This document shows positions 43,800-58,052 of a stretch of 64,000 nucleotides of DNA, piece by piece. The number at the start of each line of letters is the position of its first letter. Within the stretch, counting starts at the first letter, position 1. This stretch comes from Octopus vulgaris (lineage: Eukaryota): assembly GCA_951406725.2 (NCBI GenBank), contig OX597820.1, forward strand, positions 2,294,001 to 2,358,000, written 5' to 3'. The notes under the pieces are model-generated. The model did no database searches and had not been told where the DNA came from. It was given only the letters and a program-made list of their open reading frames with translations. A program made the position numbers and the translations under genes.

Positions 43800-44065
43800 A
43801 GTGAGAATTTACAACGAAAACAAAACAAAGGACGAAGACGGGTAAACAACAAACCGGTGTATCAGTTTAACGCACGGGAAGTGAGAAAGTTTTTTACGTT
43901 TCGCCCCTACGCTTTTCGACTGAAAGGAACACAGAAATAAAAAAAAGGGAAAAAAATAGAAAAAGGTTTAGTGGCTAGCGATCTATCATGGCGAATGCCG
44001 GACAGAGGTGACACACAGGAAAGCTAGGAATAAGGGGAGATAATAAAGTAGTGGTGATCCCAGCA
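43800..44065 (-). mobile_element. PLE pLTR fragment (P1), decayed hammerhead 43891-43926
   Basis: Colinear with 16910-17140 and 19290-19540. Confidence 0.75.
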
Positions 44066-45543
44066 AGCTTCTTTATAGTGATTGTCTACGAAATTTCGGT
44101 CCCAAGACTTTGGTCGACCATAGGCTATAGCCTTATGAATCTATAATAAAACACAGGTTAGCGATTGTGTCAATATGCCTTGACAGTGACTGTAATGAAA
44201 ACGGAACGTGGCAGAATTGTGTCTTCTTGAGTTCGGTGAATGATGTAATTCTTTACCCCACCAGTACGGAATGGTGAGATGTAGCAACACTGATAGGGAG
44301 AAGTAGGAAGTGCGTACAGACGGGACACATTTTGGCTAGGGCAGGTTTTCTCATACAGGAATCTGAAATCTCAGTAGAATTCTTAAGGTCATTGCTGGTG
44401 CATTATGAAAGATAATGATGGATTATCTCATCGCTTCGATGAAGGAGGATTTCAGCAAGACACGGCTTGGTGACTGTCTTGATCTACTGAACAACATGCA
44501 CAATGAACTTTATTTTAGTAAGCATGGTTTATGCAGAGCCAATCCTACTCTCTCGTCCTTCAAATTTGTATTGGTTTGGTACAATAAGCGCCGTAAACCC
44601 AGTAGTTATCAGAGTGCAGAAGTTGTACGGAGATACTTTCTCTTAGAAGAGCAGCTAGAGAGCTGAAGGACCTCGTCCGTCATGCGTCCGTCGAGGTGTC
44701 TGTGCGTGACCTACTTTCGGATAATATACTGTAATTTGATACGAAACAACGAAGCGAACCAAGGGGTCTTTCAAGTTGACCTTAGAAAAGAAAAGATCAA
44801 TGATGTCCAAGACATTTCAATAGCAGAAATAGTTCGAAAATGCAAGACACTTGATAAAGTCGTCCATGTTTTCGAATCAATATAGTCTTTACCAAACAAC
44901 GGGCTGTTCTCATGTGAATGTTGTGATTAAACATAACCTGATTTTGATAACCAGGTCGATTGCGGCATAATCTGTCATCTGAAGGTCGAACATAAAAACG
45001 GAACAAAGACAAAAAACAAAAACAAACACGTTATGCTGCGTTGATTTGTTCCAAGTCTACAATATTTGGTCGTCAGTGGAACTAAAAACAAATGAGAGAA
45101 GAATGGAATTATTGAACTGCAGAGGAAAGTAGAGAATATTTGGTGACGGCTTTAACGCAAATATGTAATTAAGTCTGAGCTAAGATCAAAGAAAACACCT
45201 TTTTTAACCGACAGTAAAAGTGAGATTGCTTCCTTGCAACGGTTTCATAAATCTTTCATAGATTTCAGAGCTGAGTCTGGAGAGAGCGGAAAGGTAGTCT
45301 GCTTCAATGGACGTCGAAACAGCTTTTATTTTTTTTTACTTTTTACTTGAACCAGGCTGGGCACCGCCTTCAAGGGGTTTAGTCGAAAAGATTTCCCCCA
45401 GTAATTATTTTTTCAGTCTAGTTCTTATTCTACCGGTCTTTTTTGCCGAACCGCTACGTTACAGGATGTAAACAAAACAACAAAAATACATATACACACA
45501 TACACACATATATATGCGCACGCACAGACACACACATACACAC

Positions 45544-45592
<49 letters not shown>

Positions 45593-46016
45593 CATATACA
45601 TACACATATACATACATACATACATACATACATACATACATACATACATACATAGTGAGAGAGAGAGAGAGAGAGCAATAAGAAAATGGAAGGGATCAAT
45701 AGGTGGTTCATCAACTTATATATATATCAAAAGGATGTTCTATAACACTCTTCCGCATCTACAAAAACAGCCATACCAACAATCCAACATACAACCATCA
45801 TCAGCTGCCCCACAGATATCATTATGGTTTCGACACCCGGGCAGTAACCATTCAATCCGGTGGTGTCAACAGCACTAAAAGAAGTGCTGCTTGGGAACAA
45901 ACACACCAAAAAGCAAAACACACAACTTTCAAACACATTTACCCCGTGTACAACCGTATCGGTAAATTCAATAAGTAAATCAATAACCAACTCCTAAATA
46001 CGTAACTATATATATG

Positions 46017-46055
<39 letters not shown>

Positions 46056-47168
46056 GACGGGTTTCTTTCAGTTTCTGACAACCAAATCCAATCACAAGGC
46101 TTTGGTCGGCCCGAAGCTATAGCATAAGACACTTGCTTGCCTAAGGTGCCACGCAGTGAGACCCAAGACCAAACGGATGGCAACCAAGCTTCTTACCCAC
46201 GTAGCCATGGGAGAAAGAGAGAGAGAGATGGGGGGACAGGGGGGGCATTACTGTTGAATTCATTTTCATTAAAGAATTATAGCGGACAAATTGATTACCG
46301 CTCTGCATTGTGTATGTGTATAAATTACTAAATATACATATTTTTCTTTATCACTGAAGTTGCTCAGTCGCGTAAATGCTGACTCATAATTGTGTACACA
46401 CCAACTGATATATATTACGAACACTCTATCTCTGTTTGACACACAGTAACAGAACAGCAACGAAGATATGTGTTTATTAACCGATAAATACGGCTGTTTT
46501 ATCTTTAATCTCTTCATATATTAGTAACTTCTATTATTATTTTTCTTCTCGTCGTTGTTGTTGTATACCTCTTCACCACCCCCGCCAATCAGCTTCTTGT
46601 CTCTCTACGACTTTGCTTTAATGCAATGTTCTGGCATGCAATTATGTCAAAGTTTAAATTTAACCTTATCTTGGTTTTTTATTACGTTAACTGGATATGG
46701 AACAAACTTAAGTCGATATTTTTCCTCGAAATTTATGAGTACTTGATTGAGAACTAAATACTCTGTGGCGATATAAATAATGTGTCCTGGCCTCTGGAGT
46801 AGCAAGAGTGTGTTCCCCCGGGTCAGCCCTTCAGATTGCACCGTCCACGACACACACACACATACCTAGGTCCTCCAAGTCTATATACAGGCTTATACTG
46901 CAGACCCAAATGTGTTGACCTCACAACAGCGTCGCCCATGATGGACTACTCTCTCACCTTGCCCCTCGCGCATCACCCTCTCGCATCGCCCTCAAGTATC
47001 TCCCCTCACCTCGCTCCCTTGCATTACCCCGTCACATCGCCTCCGCACCCACTAGCGCCATTCAACTCTCGACCCCTCATTCAGCAACACTTGTGATCCG
47101 TCTCGACCACGGTCGAACAATGATGAATGATGATGATCCTGGCCAAAGATGGGAGCAATGATAATATA

Positions 47169-47503
47169 CTTTTCTACTCTAGGCACAGGGCCCGAAATTT
47201 ATCGACCCCCGAAAGGATGAAAGGCAAATTCGAACTCGGCGGAATTTGAACTCAGAACGTAGCGGCAGACGAAATACTTATTTCTTTACTACCCACAAGG
47301 GTAGGACAAACAAGGACAGACAAACGGATTAAGTCGATTACATCGACCCCAGTGCGTAACTGGTACTTAATTTATCGACCCTGAAAGGATGAAAGGCAAA
47401 GTCGACTTCGGCGGAATTTGAACTCACAACATAACGGCAGACGAAATACGGCTACGCATTTCGCCCGACGTGCTAACGATTCTGCCAGCTCCTCGCCGCC
47501 TCA
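47169..47503 (-). mobile_element. SINE family B with internal duplication and 16-bp TSD
   Basis: GAGCAATGATAATATA 47153-47168 and GAGCAACGATAATATA 47504-47519. Confidence 0.88.
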
Positions 47504-48666
47504 GAGCAACGATAATATAAGAACATGAGGAGGCTTACACTACTCTCACCAGCAAAACTCCACTTTTTCTACCGATGAGCAACGAGCAGCACCCCGCCCT
47601 CCCCCCACAACGTCTACCCAAGCATTTATCTTTTCATGCTGATAGGTTATCTATAACAACTCTGACCCTGTCGCATAATTTGACTTCCTCTTTGTGGCCT
47701 AGAGGTTAGGACATTGCGATCACGACTGCATCGTCATGGTTTCGATTCACAGGCAGGGACAGCTTTACATTGTGCTCTTGAGCAAAACACTTCATTTCAC
47801 GTTACTTGAGTCCAGTCTGGTGTGTATGAGAAACCTCGCAATGAAGTGGAGTCTCGTTCCGGGGAAAATGTTGCCATTTCCATTAATTGTAAACCATGGA
47901 AACCGAGCAACCAGGTAACCCGCTCCGTGGGTGCTGGACATTCAACCTCTTTTGTTGACAGCAGACTCTTGGTATTAAAGACAAATACACACACGCACAC
48001 ACACACACACACATGCGTGTATATAGAGTGAGAGAAGAAGGGGGAGAGAAAGACTACAATTTATTAATTGAACGCGATTAACATAAACACGTTCCCTTAT
48101 ACACATAAAGAGAAATACACTCTACATAAACAGAGAGGAAGAGAGAGAGGGGGAGAGATAGAGTGTGGAAGAGGGAGAGAGAAGGAGAGAGAGACCATTA
48201 AAATGTCTGATGTTAAATAAGTCATCGTCAAAACAGCGATGCCAAAACGGCTGCGCCAGAACGTCTCATACCCTCCCCCGGAAACAAAGAGGCCAACAGC
48301 ATGGTCAGTAACATGAGCATAATATCTTCAAGCAAAGGCTTAAGGTCACACGTTTAAAGCGTCGACTCAAGTCAATGGCGGGGACTGTCGCACTTCTGTG
48401 GTCTGGCAGTTTATTTGCTCGCCAGCGCTTTGTATTGCTTCTTAAAGTGGTTTTGTTTAGTTTTAATATGAGTGAGTTACAAAGAACGGAATCGAGAGTT
48501 TTGATTACATTAATGGTGGCTAAACTAGTACGATGGTGTAGCATAATAATTCCTAATACGGTCCAGCAGCTTCGGACCTGAATATGCTAATCGCTGTTGT
48601 GTTAGTCATAGGAGAATGGCTTCTCCTCTATACGACGCGTATATGTCCTCAATTCATTATTACAAA

Positions 48667-48724
48667 TGATTCTGGGACATCCGATGTTTCGACATTGTTG
48701 CATCTCGTCAGTCAAAAGCAATCA
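48667..48724 (-). ncRNA. Candidate type I hammerhead ribozyme in non-repetitive sequence
   Basis: TGATT GCTT TTGA|CTGACGA|GATG CAACAA TGTC|GAA ACAT CGG ATGT C|CCAG AATCA; canonical core and GUC triplet, A-C mismatch at the first stem I pair. Confidence 0.55.
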
Positions 48725-49399
48725 CGGACCAATGAATCTAACAAGAGCTGATGAGATGCTTTATAACTGCAGCGAGCAAACTGTTCGATGATTGAACCGA
48801 TAACAGATCGTGTGATATGCACGATAAACAGCGCGATTCAAAACGACGACTTTTAATATTCATTTGTAACCCTCAACAGATACCAGCATGAGGTGCTCCT
48901 CTTATTATTATCATTAATTGTTACTGATGTTGATAATTACTCAAATATTTTACGGTCCGTTTTGTAGTTTATATCAAATACAAATGTTTTTCAATTTTCT
49001 TTTATACCATGGAATTTTTTTTTATATTTTTGTTGTGTTTTTCCTTTTATATTTTACACTTCCTTCTTTAGATGTTTGATACAAAGTTTTATTTCCGTTG
49101 TGTTTGGTTTTAATGAATTATATTTGAGGTTGTTTCTGTTTTTTCTGGCTTTTTTTTTTTCGTGAAGTTGCTTGTTTCCGGTTTAGTAAAAGGGTTTGTA
49201 ATTTCTTTGTTGTCTTTTGAAATATGTATTTTTAGATGCGTCTATAATTAATTGGGTTGATTGTATGTACTGCACTGCCCATGACAAAGATTTTATTGAA
49301 TCCTGGAAACTCTGATTCTGTTTCCTGGTGGAACGCGTTCCATTTTATTTCATTCTTTTTCAAGTTTTAAAACTGCTTTTTTCCTCTCGTCATTTATGC

Positions 49400-49445
49400 G
49401 TGTTGCGCTGATCACGTGTTGGGCGGTCGGCGGAAGTTTGGAGGT
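49400..49445 (+). promoter_or_regulatory. Promoter-like motif cluster: E-box CACGTG (49413), GC-box GGGCGG (49421), ETS GGCGGAAGT (49429)
   Basis: Three adjacent motifs in a small CpG-rich island after a T-rich tract. Confidence 0.4.
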
Positions 49446-49541
49446 TGTTTGCCCGGTCGTTGTGGTGGCTAAGTGTAAAGTAAAATGCGATATCTGAGCA
49501 AGTGTAGTGGTAATTGTTATGTGTGTGTGTGTGTGTGTGTA

Positions 49542-49593
<52 letters not shown>

Positions 49594-51539
49594 CTGTGAA
49601 TTGTTTAAGATATAGAGTGAGTCTAGTTGAGATGCTACTAGGTTACCTCCCCCGATTAAGATGTTTGTAGCCTTGATGTATAATCTGTACGTCAAGGCTA
49701 AGTTGGTGAGATCTGTTATATACACATACTCACACACACACACACATATGTATGTATGTATGTATGTCATTCTGAATAATTTAATGTGGATATACTGTAT
49801 AAAGCCAGAAAATTGTGGTATTAGTCTCACGAAAGCATCTTGTATAGTGCTAAAAAGCACAAAAATACTTAAGTAGCATGATTAGACGAATTTGTTTTCT
49901 ACTGTTCCAAAGAAACGGTGATTAACAAATCACTTCTGTCGCAAGCTGTTGGCGGGCTGCGTTCCATTTCGTTATTAGCGACGGAAGCGGTGTTGATTCG
50001 TCTCAGCAAACGGTTGATATTTATTACTGATGACGCTGAAGGAAGCTGAAAACTAGATTTAGCAATCCCACAGCCGTTAACTTCACGCTTTTCGTCTGCC
50101 ATTGATGTACCGCAATTTTCTAGCTTTCCACAGTATACCCACGTTAAGAAAGATGTACAGAATTCTATTGAACTAATACCACTTCAGTCGCTAATAAGTA
50201 ACGTGTCTACATACGACTGTGTTTCCTTTTGCTAGTTTTTTTTTTTCATTGTGAATGACTATATTCCTTGTGTAGTGTCGTTTGTCATTAGTTTACGAAT
50301 GTCCTTTGTGACATCTGTGTATAGAATACAGAATGAGATCACTTCTATTATGAAAGAGTCTGCGTTGTCTGATTTGAGCATAATTTGAAATGCTAGGTGT
50401 TCTCTTTTCAAGTAGTTGAATTATTAATACACGAATGTTTCGTGTGATTATAAAATCTTTTTATTCCATAAAGGTGATTTTAATACCGTTGATGCTGTAC
50501 TGCAAAACGTTTAGCTTTTCTTTTGTATCATGCTTATAAAGTTTATTCTTATGGCAAGCGTTTGTTTGCTTAATGTATTCCGTGCTGACTTGCGTCGTTG
50601 ATTATAGAGATAACAAGTGTCATTCGCTGTCAGTGTCATTGCAGTTGTTGTTGCTAGTGATTATGTTGTTGTTTTCCCAGTAAAGTTGTGTATTTTTCAC
50701 GAGTGTTTTCATGTTCGGACATTACGAGAATATATCCGAAACGAGACAATTCGAGAGTAGAGCAAAGTGAACGACGTGGTCGTTCACTTTACGATTCTTC
50801 TGGGCCAGACATGTCGCGAGGCTCAGACAGCAGGTGAACCTGAGTCCTTGCCAATTGGTATCAAAAAGATTGAAAAAAGCCTTTTTAAGGCATCCACGGC
50901 GATGAGAGAACGATTTAGTAAAATAATTTCGGCCAAGATGGAAAGAAGGGCTTATTCAAGAAAGAATTGGATGTGCATTGTGACGAGCGATGTATAACGG
51001 GACTGCATTATCTATTGTATTCGTTCCTTTTTTTTTAATGACACTTGATGAATATTTGGCTGTTATTTCTGTTAGCTCAAACGACCACGTCGAGCCTCCC
51101 TCAGAAACGAAAGAATAAAATCACGTGACTATATGTCTTTTGGCAATGGGACAAGGTCACAGATTCAGCGAGAGTGGTATAGTCAATTACGTTGACCTCT
51201 GGTAACTTTACCTCTGACCGCTGGTAACCAGGGCTGGTAGCTCCTGTTCCACAGCCATCTTGATGAAACGATTGCAGCCTCCGCAACCGTCCTGATGGCC
51301 TTCCCCTACTGGCCCCTGTGATGCCGAGCATGATGTATTCTCTGCCGACAGACTTGCCTGCAAACTCCTAGCATCTCAGAGTAATCTGGACCGTGGCACC
51401 CATACATATAATATCCAATAAGAAAAGACAACAACACAACAGTAACATACAAATAATAATAAACTCACGTTCGTATTTCTATATTTAATTCATAAGGCAT
51501 TAAAATGCTCGCTCCACGGTGAAAAAGAAAAAAAAATAA

Positions 51540-51730
51540 CAACTGCACGGGTCCGTCTGTTGTCTGTGAACTTTACGACATGTTCGGCTCGGTGGAACTT
51601 GTGCTTTCGGCATTCTGCGATCAGGTCGTCCACCCAACTCCATTATCAAATTATTTCATCTTGCAATGAATATTTCTAGCACGGCTCTTTCCGCGGCCCT
51701 TTGCGTCGTGGCCAATCGGTGTTTTTTGTT
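51540..51730 (-). mobile_element. RTE-clade LINE fragment (post-RT region)
   Basis: KHRLATTQRAAERAVLEI and VDDLIAECRKHKFHRAEHVVKFTDNRRTRAV resemble RTE TQRAMER.ML and WAGHV.R..DNRWT. Confidence 0.75.
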
Positions 51731-51869
51731 TTGCTTTGTTTTGTTGGGTTTTTTTCCCCCTCTGTGTAGTGTCACATGTCTCACTTGCGAATTAGAGCCC
51801 ATGTAGGATGGTGTCAGTTTAGAGAGTGGCAGGTCGGGGTCTTGTCCAGTTTCGCTTCGTAGACAAAAT

Positions 51870-52040
51870 AGATGCAGTCGGAAAAGGTAGCAGAAGAGGT
51901 GGAATGGAGGAGGGAAAGAATTACGTCTTCTTGGGACACGCAGTGAATATGCGCCGAGACAAGGAATCACGCAGAGAATAAGGGCCGGATGGAGGGTGTT
52001 TAACTCTATAATTAAAAAAAAAAAGATGTTTTGGATATAT
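51870..52040 (+). mobile_element. RTE-clade LINE fragment (RT C-terminal part), inverted relative to 51540-51730
   Basis: NYVFLGHAVNM..D and ITQRIRAGWRVFNSI resemble Y.YLG..EI.RRI..GW.AF. Confidence 0.7.
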
Positions 52041-53116
52041 GTCCGAAAAATAGAAAACAGAAATCCCTCGACTATCGCGGGTGTTACGTTCCAACCCCCC
52101 GCGATAGGTGAAAATCCGTGCAGTAGAAACAGTACTGTGTAGTTTTTTTTTTTATTTTTGTAATTTGTATATATTTATTTTATTATAAATGCAAAACACC
52201 ACCCCCCACTCGCCTCCCCAGTTCCCTTTTCCTTACAGTATCTACGATTCTTTGTTTCCTCATCTACGCTACTCTCCTACCTATTTTCTTTTAATATAAT
52301 TTAATTAATGTGTTGTACAGTGCAGTACTGTATTTTTGTTTATTAATTTATTAATCTTCAGGCGTGAAAATGTTTATTTTAACAATATTTAGTAATTAAA
52401 GTCTGTCATTATTTGCTCTGGTTAATTCTAGAGGACATTTTATGTCATAAATCGCCATTTGTGGACTACAAAAATATCGACTGTTTCGGGGAAACGTATT
52501 TTTTCTTGTTATTTTATTATTATTTTTGTTTTTGTTTTTGCATTTCCCATTTATATCATTCGTTGATATTTCATACACCTTCTCATTTGATATTACAGTT
52601 TACAAAAAAAAAAAACAACTAAAATGTTTATTATTGCAATTGAATAGAAAAGGATAAATGTGCGTTTTTCAGTGATCTCCATTTGGGACTTGTCGAAAAA
52701 TTTATCATAATTTCCAAAATAATTAACATATGAAGAAGATTTAAATACTTCATATTATTTTAACTCCTAAGACACCTGGTAAAACCAAAAGATATGAATG
52801 AAAAAGTTTGGAAATTAATGGGTTAAGAGTACACGTTTTTGTAGAGTGCTCAGCCACTTGCACGTGAGTTTCACGAGCAAGCTGTTCCGTTGATCGGATC
52901 ATCTGAACCCTCGTCGTCGCAACCGACGGAGTACTAATAGTATTCACGGTTTTGTATGTATTGTAATCCGAGTTAAGGTGTGTTGGGTCATAGTAACACA
53001 AGTAACCTATATCGTTATCACAACGAAGTCGAGCGGTCGGTGGCATAGCAACATAAAGATCGAAAAAAGTGGGTGGTTGACAACAATAAATATAGTGAGG
53101 CAGATAAAATAGCAGC

Positions 53117-53380
53117 TTCTATATTTGAGAGATGAGGAATTATGTACACTATTTACATTTGACGGATATTTGTCCTCATCTTGTTTGTTGTTAGCACAAC
53201 GTTTCGGCTGATATACCCTCCAGCCTTCATCAAGTGTCTTGGGGGGAATTTCGAACCTGGTATTTTCATTCCTAAGGTATTTTTCCGATGTTGTTGTTGT
53301 TGTTATTATTATTCAGGTCACTACCTGGAATCGGACTTGGAATGTTGGGGTTAGTAGCCCACGCTCTAAACCACTACGCC
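53117..53380 (-). mobile_element. tRNA-head + (AAT/AAC)n + hammerhead short element, left copy (hammerhead 53195-53236)
   Basis: GGCGTAGTGGTTTAGAGCG..GGGCTACTAACCC..AAGTCCGATTCC head; CAC TTGATGA A GGCTG..CAGCC GAAAC GTT GTG. Confidence 0.8.
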
Positions 53381-54380
<1,000 letters not shown>

Positions 54381-54659
54381 AAGAATAGCAGCCATTGTGA
54401 ATTATGGTTTAGCCCCAGGTCAGCCCTGATGGCGCGGACTTATATTCAAAAATATTTTAGCGTTAGCATCCGTCTTACTTTTATTTATTTATCTATTTGT
54501 TTGTTTTGGGCTTTTGGGGATTATGTTATTCACGGTCCTCGTCGTCTTGTTTAAGACAAAATACGGAATGATTTGAAGGAGATTCGGTTGTTATTTATAG
54601 CCGGTCGAGCAAGGATTTTTTTGTTGGGTTTAAAAGGAATTTCTAAACTTTAAGAAATA

Positions 54660-54862
54660 TTGGTTTCAAACTTTGGCCAACAATTTCGGATGGGGTGGTG
54701 GTGGGGGTTGCTAAGTCGAATTCATCGACCCCAGTATTCAGCTGGTACTTATTTTTATCAACTCCGTAAATATAAAAGGTAAAGTCGACTTCGGCGGAAT
54801 TTGAACTCAGAACACGAAGACTGACGAAATACCACTGAGCATTTAGTCCAGCTCACCGCCTT
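54660..54862 (-). mobile_element. SINE family B, diverged (other old copies ~37410-37580, ~55305-55470)
   Basis: GTCGACTTCGGCGGAATTTGAACTCAGAAC. Confidence 0.75.
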
Positions 54863-55545
54863 AACTTTAACAAATACTCAAAGAAATTTACAAGTTTCTT
54901 GGTTTTAAATCGTGTACTGAAGCAGGTGATGTTGTACTTTGGGTGGATCGTTTTGCTAATGAAACACACGCACTGGTTGTATTTTTTGCACTTATCAATT
55001 AACCAGTTAACTAACTAATCAAGTCTTAGATCAATAGCTTGACTAATCGATTTATTGGTTCTTCAGAGATCTTTCGTCACAGGTTCCAGCGACAAAACTC
55101 TAACCATGCAAATGATTGATTGATTCGTTAATCTGTTCATCAAACAACTGATTAATTAATGAAGCATTCTGATGAATCAACTGGTTGATTGATCAAGAAA
55201 ATCTCAAAGAATTGATGGCTTCATTAGTCAAGTAGTTATTCTTTTATTCTTTTATGGTGGTTGTGTCATGCTGGAGTACAACCATGAGTTAGCAGATAAT
55301 AATAACTTCAAATATTGGTACAGAGCCAGCAGTTTTAGGGATAAGGCTAAGTCTCATCGACCCCCAGGGCTCAACTTGTATTTTTCTTAATCGACTTCGA
55401 AAGGATGAAAGCTAAAGTTGACCCCAGCGGAATTTAGCTGATAATAATGAAAACCAATGAAATACCGCAGTGCGTGTGTTTCTGCTGGTAAAATTACCCT
55501 CCCAAAGTACAACAATAATATAAATATACGTGTGTGTGCGTGTGC

Positions 55546-55608
<63 letters not shown>

Positions 55609-55659
55609 GTATGTATGTATGCATTATGTATCTTTAAAGAGATAGATAGATACATACAT

Positions 55660-55693
<34 letters not shown>

Positions 55694-55695
55694 GG

Positions 55696-55743
<48 letters not shown>

Positions 55744-55762
55744 CTATATATACATATATATG

Positions 55763-55852
<90 letters not shown>

Positions 55853-55872
55853 TGCATTATGTATCTTTAAAG

Positions 55873-55932
<60 letters not shown>

Positions 55933-56536
55933 GGATGGATGGATGGATGGATGGATGGATGGATGGATGGATGGATGGATGGATGAGTAAAAACAAAATC
56001 ACTCTCTTCCGGCCTCCGTCCACCCTTTATCAGCTGACTCTATCAAATTCCTCTTCCAAACACCACCAAATACACAATCACTAAATTTCCATTCCACTCG
56101 GAAGGTGAATCTTTTTCCTTTCCGTTTCCTCTCTCCATCGTTGTATCCAATTCCCCGAATTAACATATTCTGCTTCCTCTTTTTCTTCCATTCTCACCTG
56201 AGCTGCGATGCCGCTCCTTCCACTCACCTCTCGTCCTCTGCCCTCCCAAGGTGCACTCACTCTCTCACTCCCTGTTATACTGGAATTTTAATCATACCCA
56301 AACCCTCCCCCTTTCTCTCTCTCTCTCTCTCCCTCGTTCTCTCTCACTTCCTTGTGGTACTCTTCTGCCCATCCGTCACCCAGTCATCGGGTGCACAGGC
56401 CCGCTCAGACCCACCTCTACATTACACATGCATACACACAAAAAGACACACATACATACGTATACGCAAGAATGCGCGCTCAAGAGAAAGCGGGGACGCA
56501 GAGAGAGAGAGATGGAGAGGGAGAAGGAGAAAGAGC

Positions 56537-56569
<33 letters not shown>

Positions 56570-56951
56570 AGAAAGAGCATCCACAAGTTCATATGCAGGT
56601 ATGTTCATGCGCACATGCAAATACATAAGGGCACACACACACACACACACACACACACACCAACACACTCTGTATCTTCTGCGTATGTTTAAGCATGTGT
56701 GTTTCAATGTGTATATATATATATGTTTCAGTGTGTGTGTGTGTGTGCGTGTGTGTGTGTTGTGTGTATGTGTGTGTGTTGTGTTGAGTGTATGCGTGTG
56801 TGTGTTGTGTTGTGTTGTGTGTGTGCGCGTGTGTGTGCGTGTGTGTTGTGTGTATGTGTGCGTGTGTGTGCGTGTGTGTGTGTGCGCGCGTGTGTTGTGT
56901 GTGTGTGTATACATGCATGCGTTCTTATGTTTTTCCATGTATGCGTGGACA

Positions 56952-56997
<46 letters not shown>

Positions 56998-57454
56998 TGC
57001 GCATGCGTACACACCACTTCACTGAAGAGGGGCCGCCAGAAAAACAAGGTGTGGGAGCGGGAAAGGTAAGGAGCGCGGAGAAGCCAGACTGAACTTAATT
57101 ATAGGAAGGAGTGAGAGAGATTGTGAGTGCAACTGGGGAACGCTAAAGGTCAAGGTGACTCCAACTAGCGGCAGTTCAGTGAATAAGGGTCAAAACCTGT
57201 ATATGTAGCGGCTCGACCTGCAAGAAACAGCAGCCGAATCTCATCTTCAAATAACAGCCAACTATCTTAAAAGACAATGAAGGACACAAACACTTATGTA
57301 GTTCTCTCTCTCCCTCCCTCACTTTCTTTCTCTCTCCCCCTCTGTTTTTCTATCTCTCTCATTCTCCCTCTCTTTCTCTCTCTCCCCCTCTTTCTCTCTC
57401 CCTCTCTCTCTTTCTCTCTCAATATATATATATATGTGTGTGTGTATAGTTAAT

Positions 57455-57640
57455 CCAAACATGAAAACACAGAGAGAAAACACAACAACGCGAGGACGTG
57501 GAACAAATATAGTATTATTGGACGCTCAGGAAAGAAAGAAAGAAGGAGGGTTTAACGTTTCGAGTGGAGCTCTTCGTCGGAAACATAGGAGAAGGAAAGA
57601 TCCAGAGAAGGGAAGACAGAGGGAATAAAATCGCCAATTT
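57455..57640 (-). mobile_element. PLE-type pLTR fragment with minimal hammerhead variant (57550-57584)
   Basis: GTTT CCGACGA A GAGC TCC ACTC GAAAC GTT AAAC. Confidence 0.65.
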
Positions 57641-57649
57641 ATATATATA

Positions 57650-57853
57650 TTCTTTTATTTGTTTTAGTCATTTGACTGCGACCATGCTGGACCAACGCCT
57701 TTTAGTCGAGCAAATCGACCCCAGGATTTATTCTATCAGTCACTATTGTCGGACCGCTACGTTACGGGGACGTAAATACACCAGCATCGGTTGTCAAGCG
57801 ATGTTGCGGGGATAAGCACAGACACAAACATATACACACACATACATGCATAC

Positions 57854-57901
<48 letters not shown>

Positions 57902-58052
57902 GATGGGCTTCTTTCAGTTTCCGCCTACCAAATCCACTTACAAGGCTTTGGTCGGGCGAGGCTATAGTAGGAGACACTTGCCCAAGGTACCACGCAGTGG
58001 GACTGAACCCGGAACCATGTGGCTGGTAAACAAGCTACTTACCACACAGCCA
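57650..58052 (-). mobile_element. SINE family A (further copies ~58385-58760 -, ~60800-61180 +, ~62790-62990 +)
   Basis: Match to the family consensus. Confidence 0.85.

Noticed and set aside
45703-45990. Overlapping 87-91 aa ORFs on both strands
   Set aside because: No homology recognised and no clear splice signals; lies between halves of a SINE.
48748-48785. Second hammerhead on + strand (CTGATGAGATGC..GCAGCGAG)
   Set aside because: GAG instead of GAAA, and no stem III or stem I. CTGATGA hits at ~1183, ~10066 and ~35990 also lack a downstream structure.
48888-48954. Second signal-peptide exon MRCSSYYYH*LLLMLIITQIFYG
   Set aside because: In-frame TAA at codon 10 and a poor donor (GTCCGT); rescue by editing would be pure speculation.
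51460-51660. Minus-strand exon ending at a GTGAGT donor
   Set aside because: The sequence is better explained as an RTE LINE remnant.
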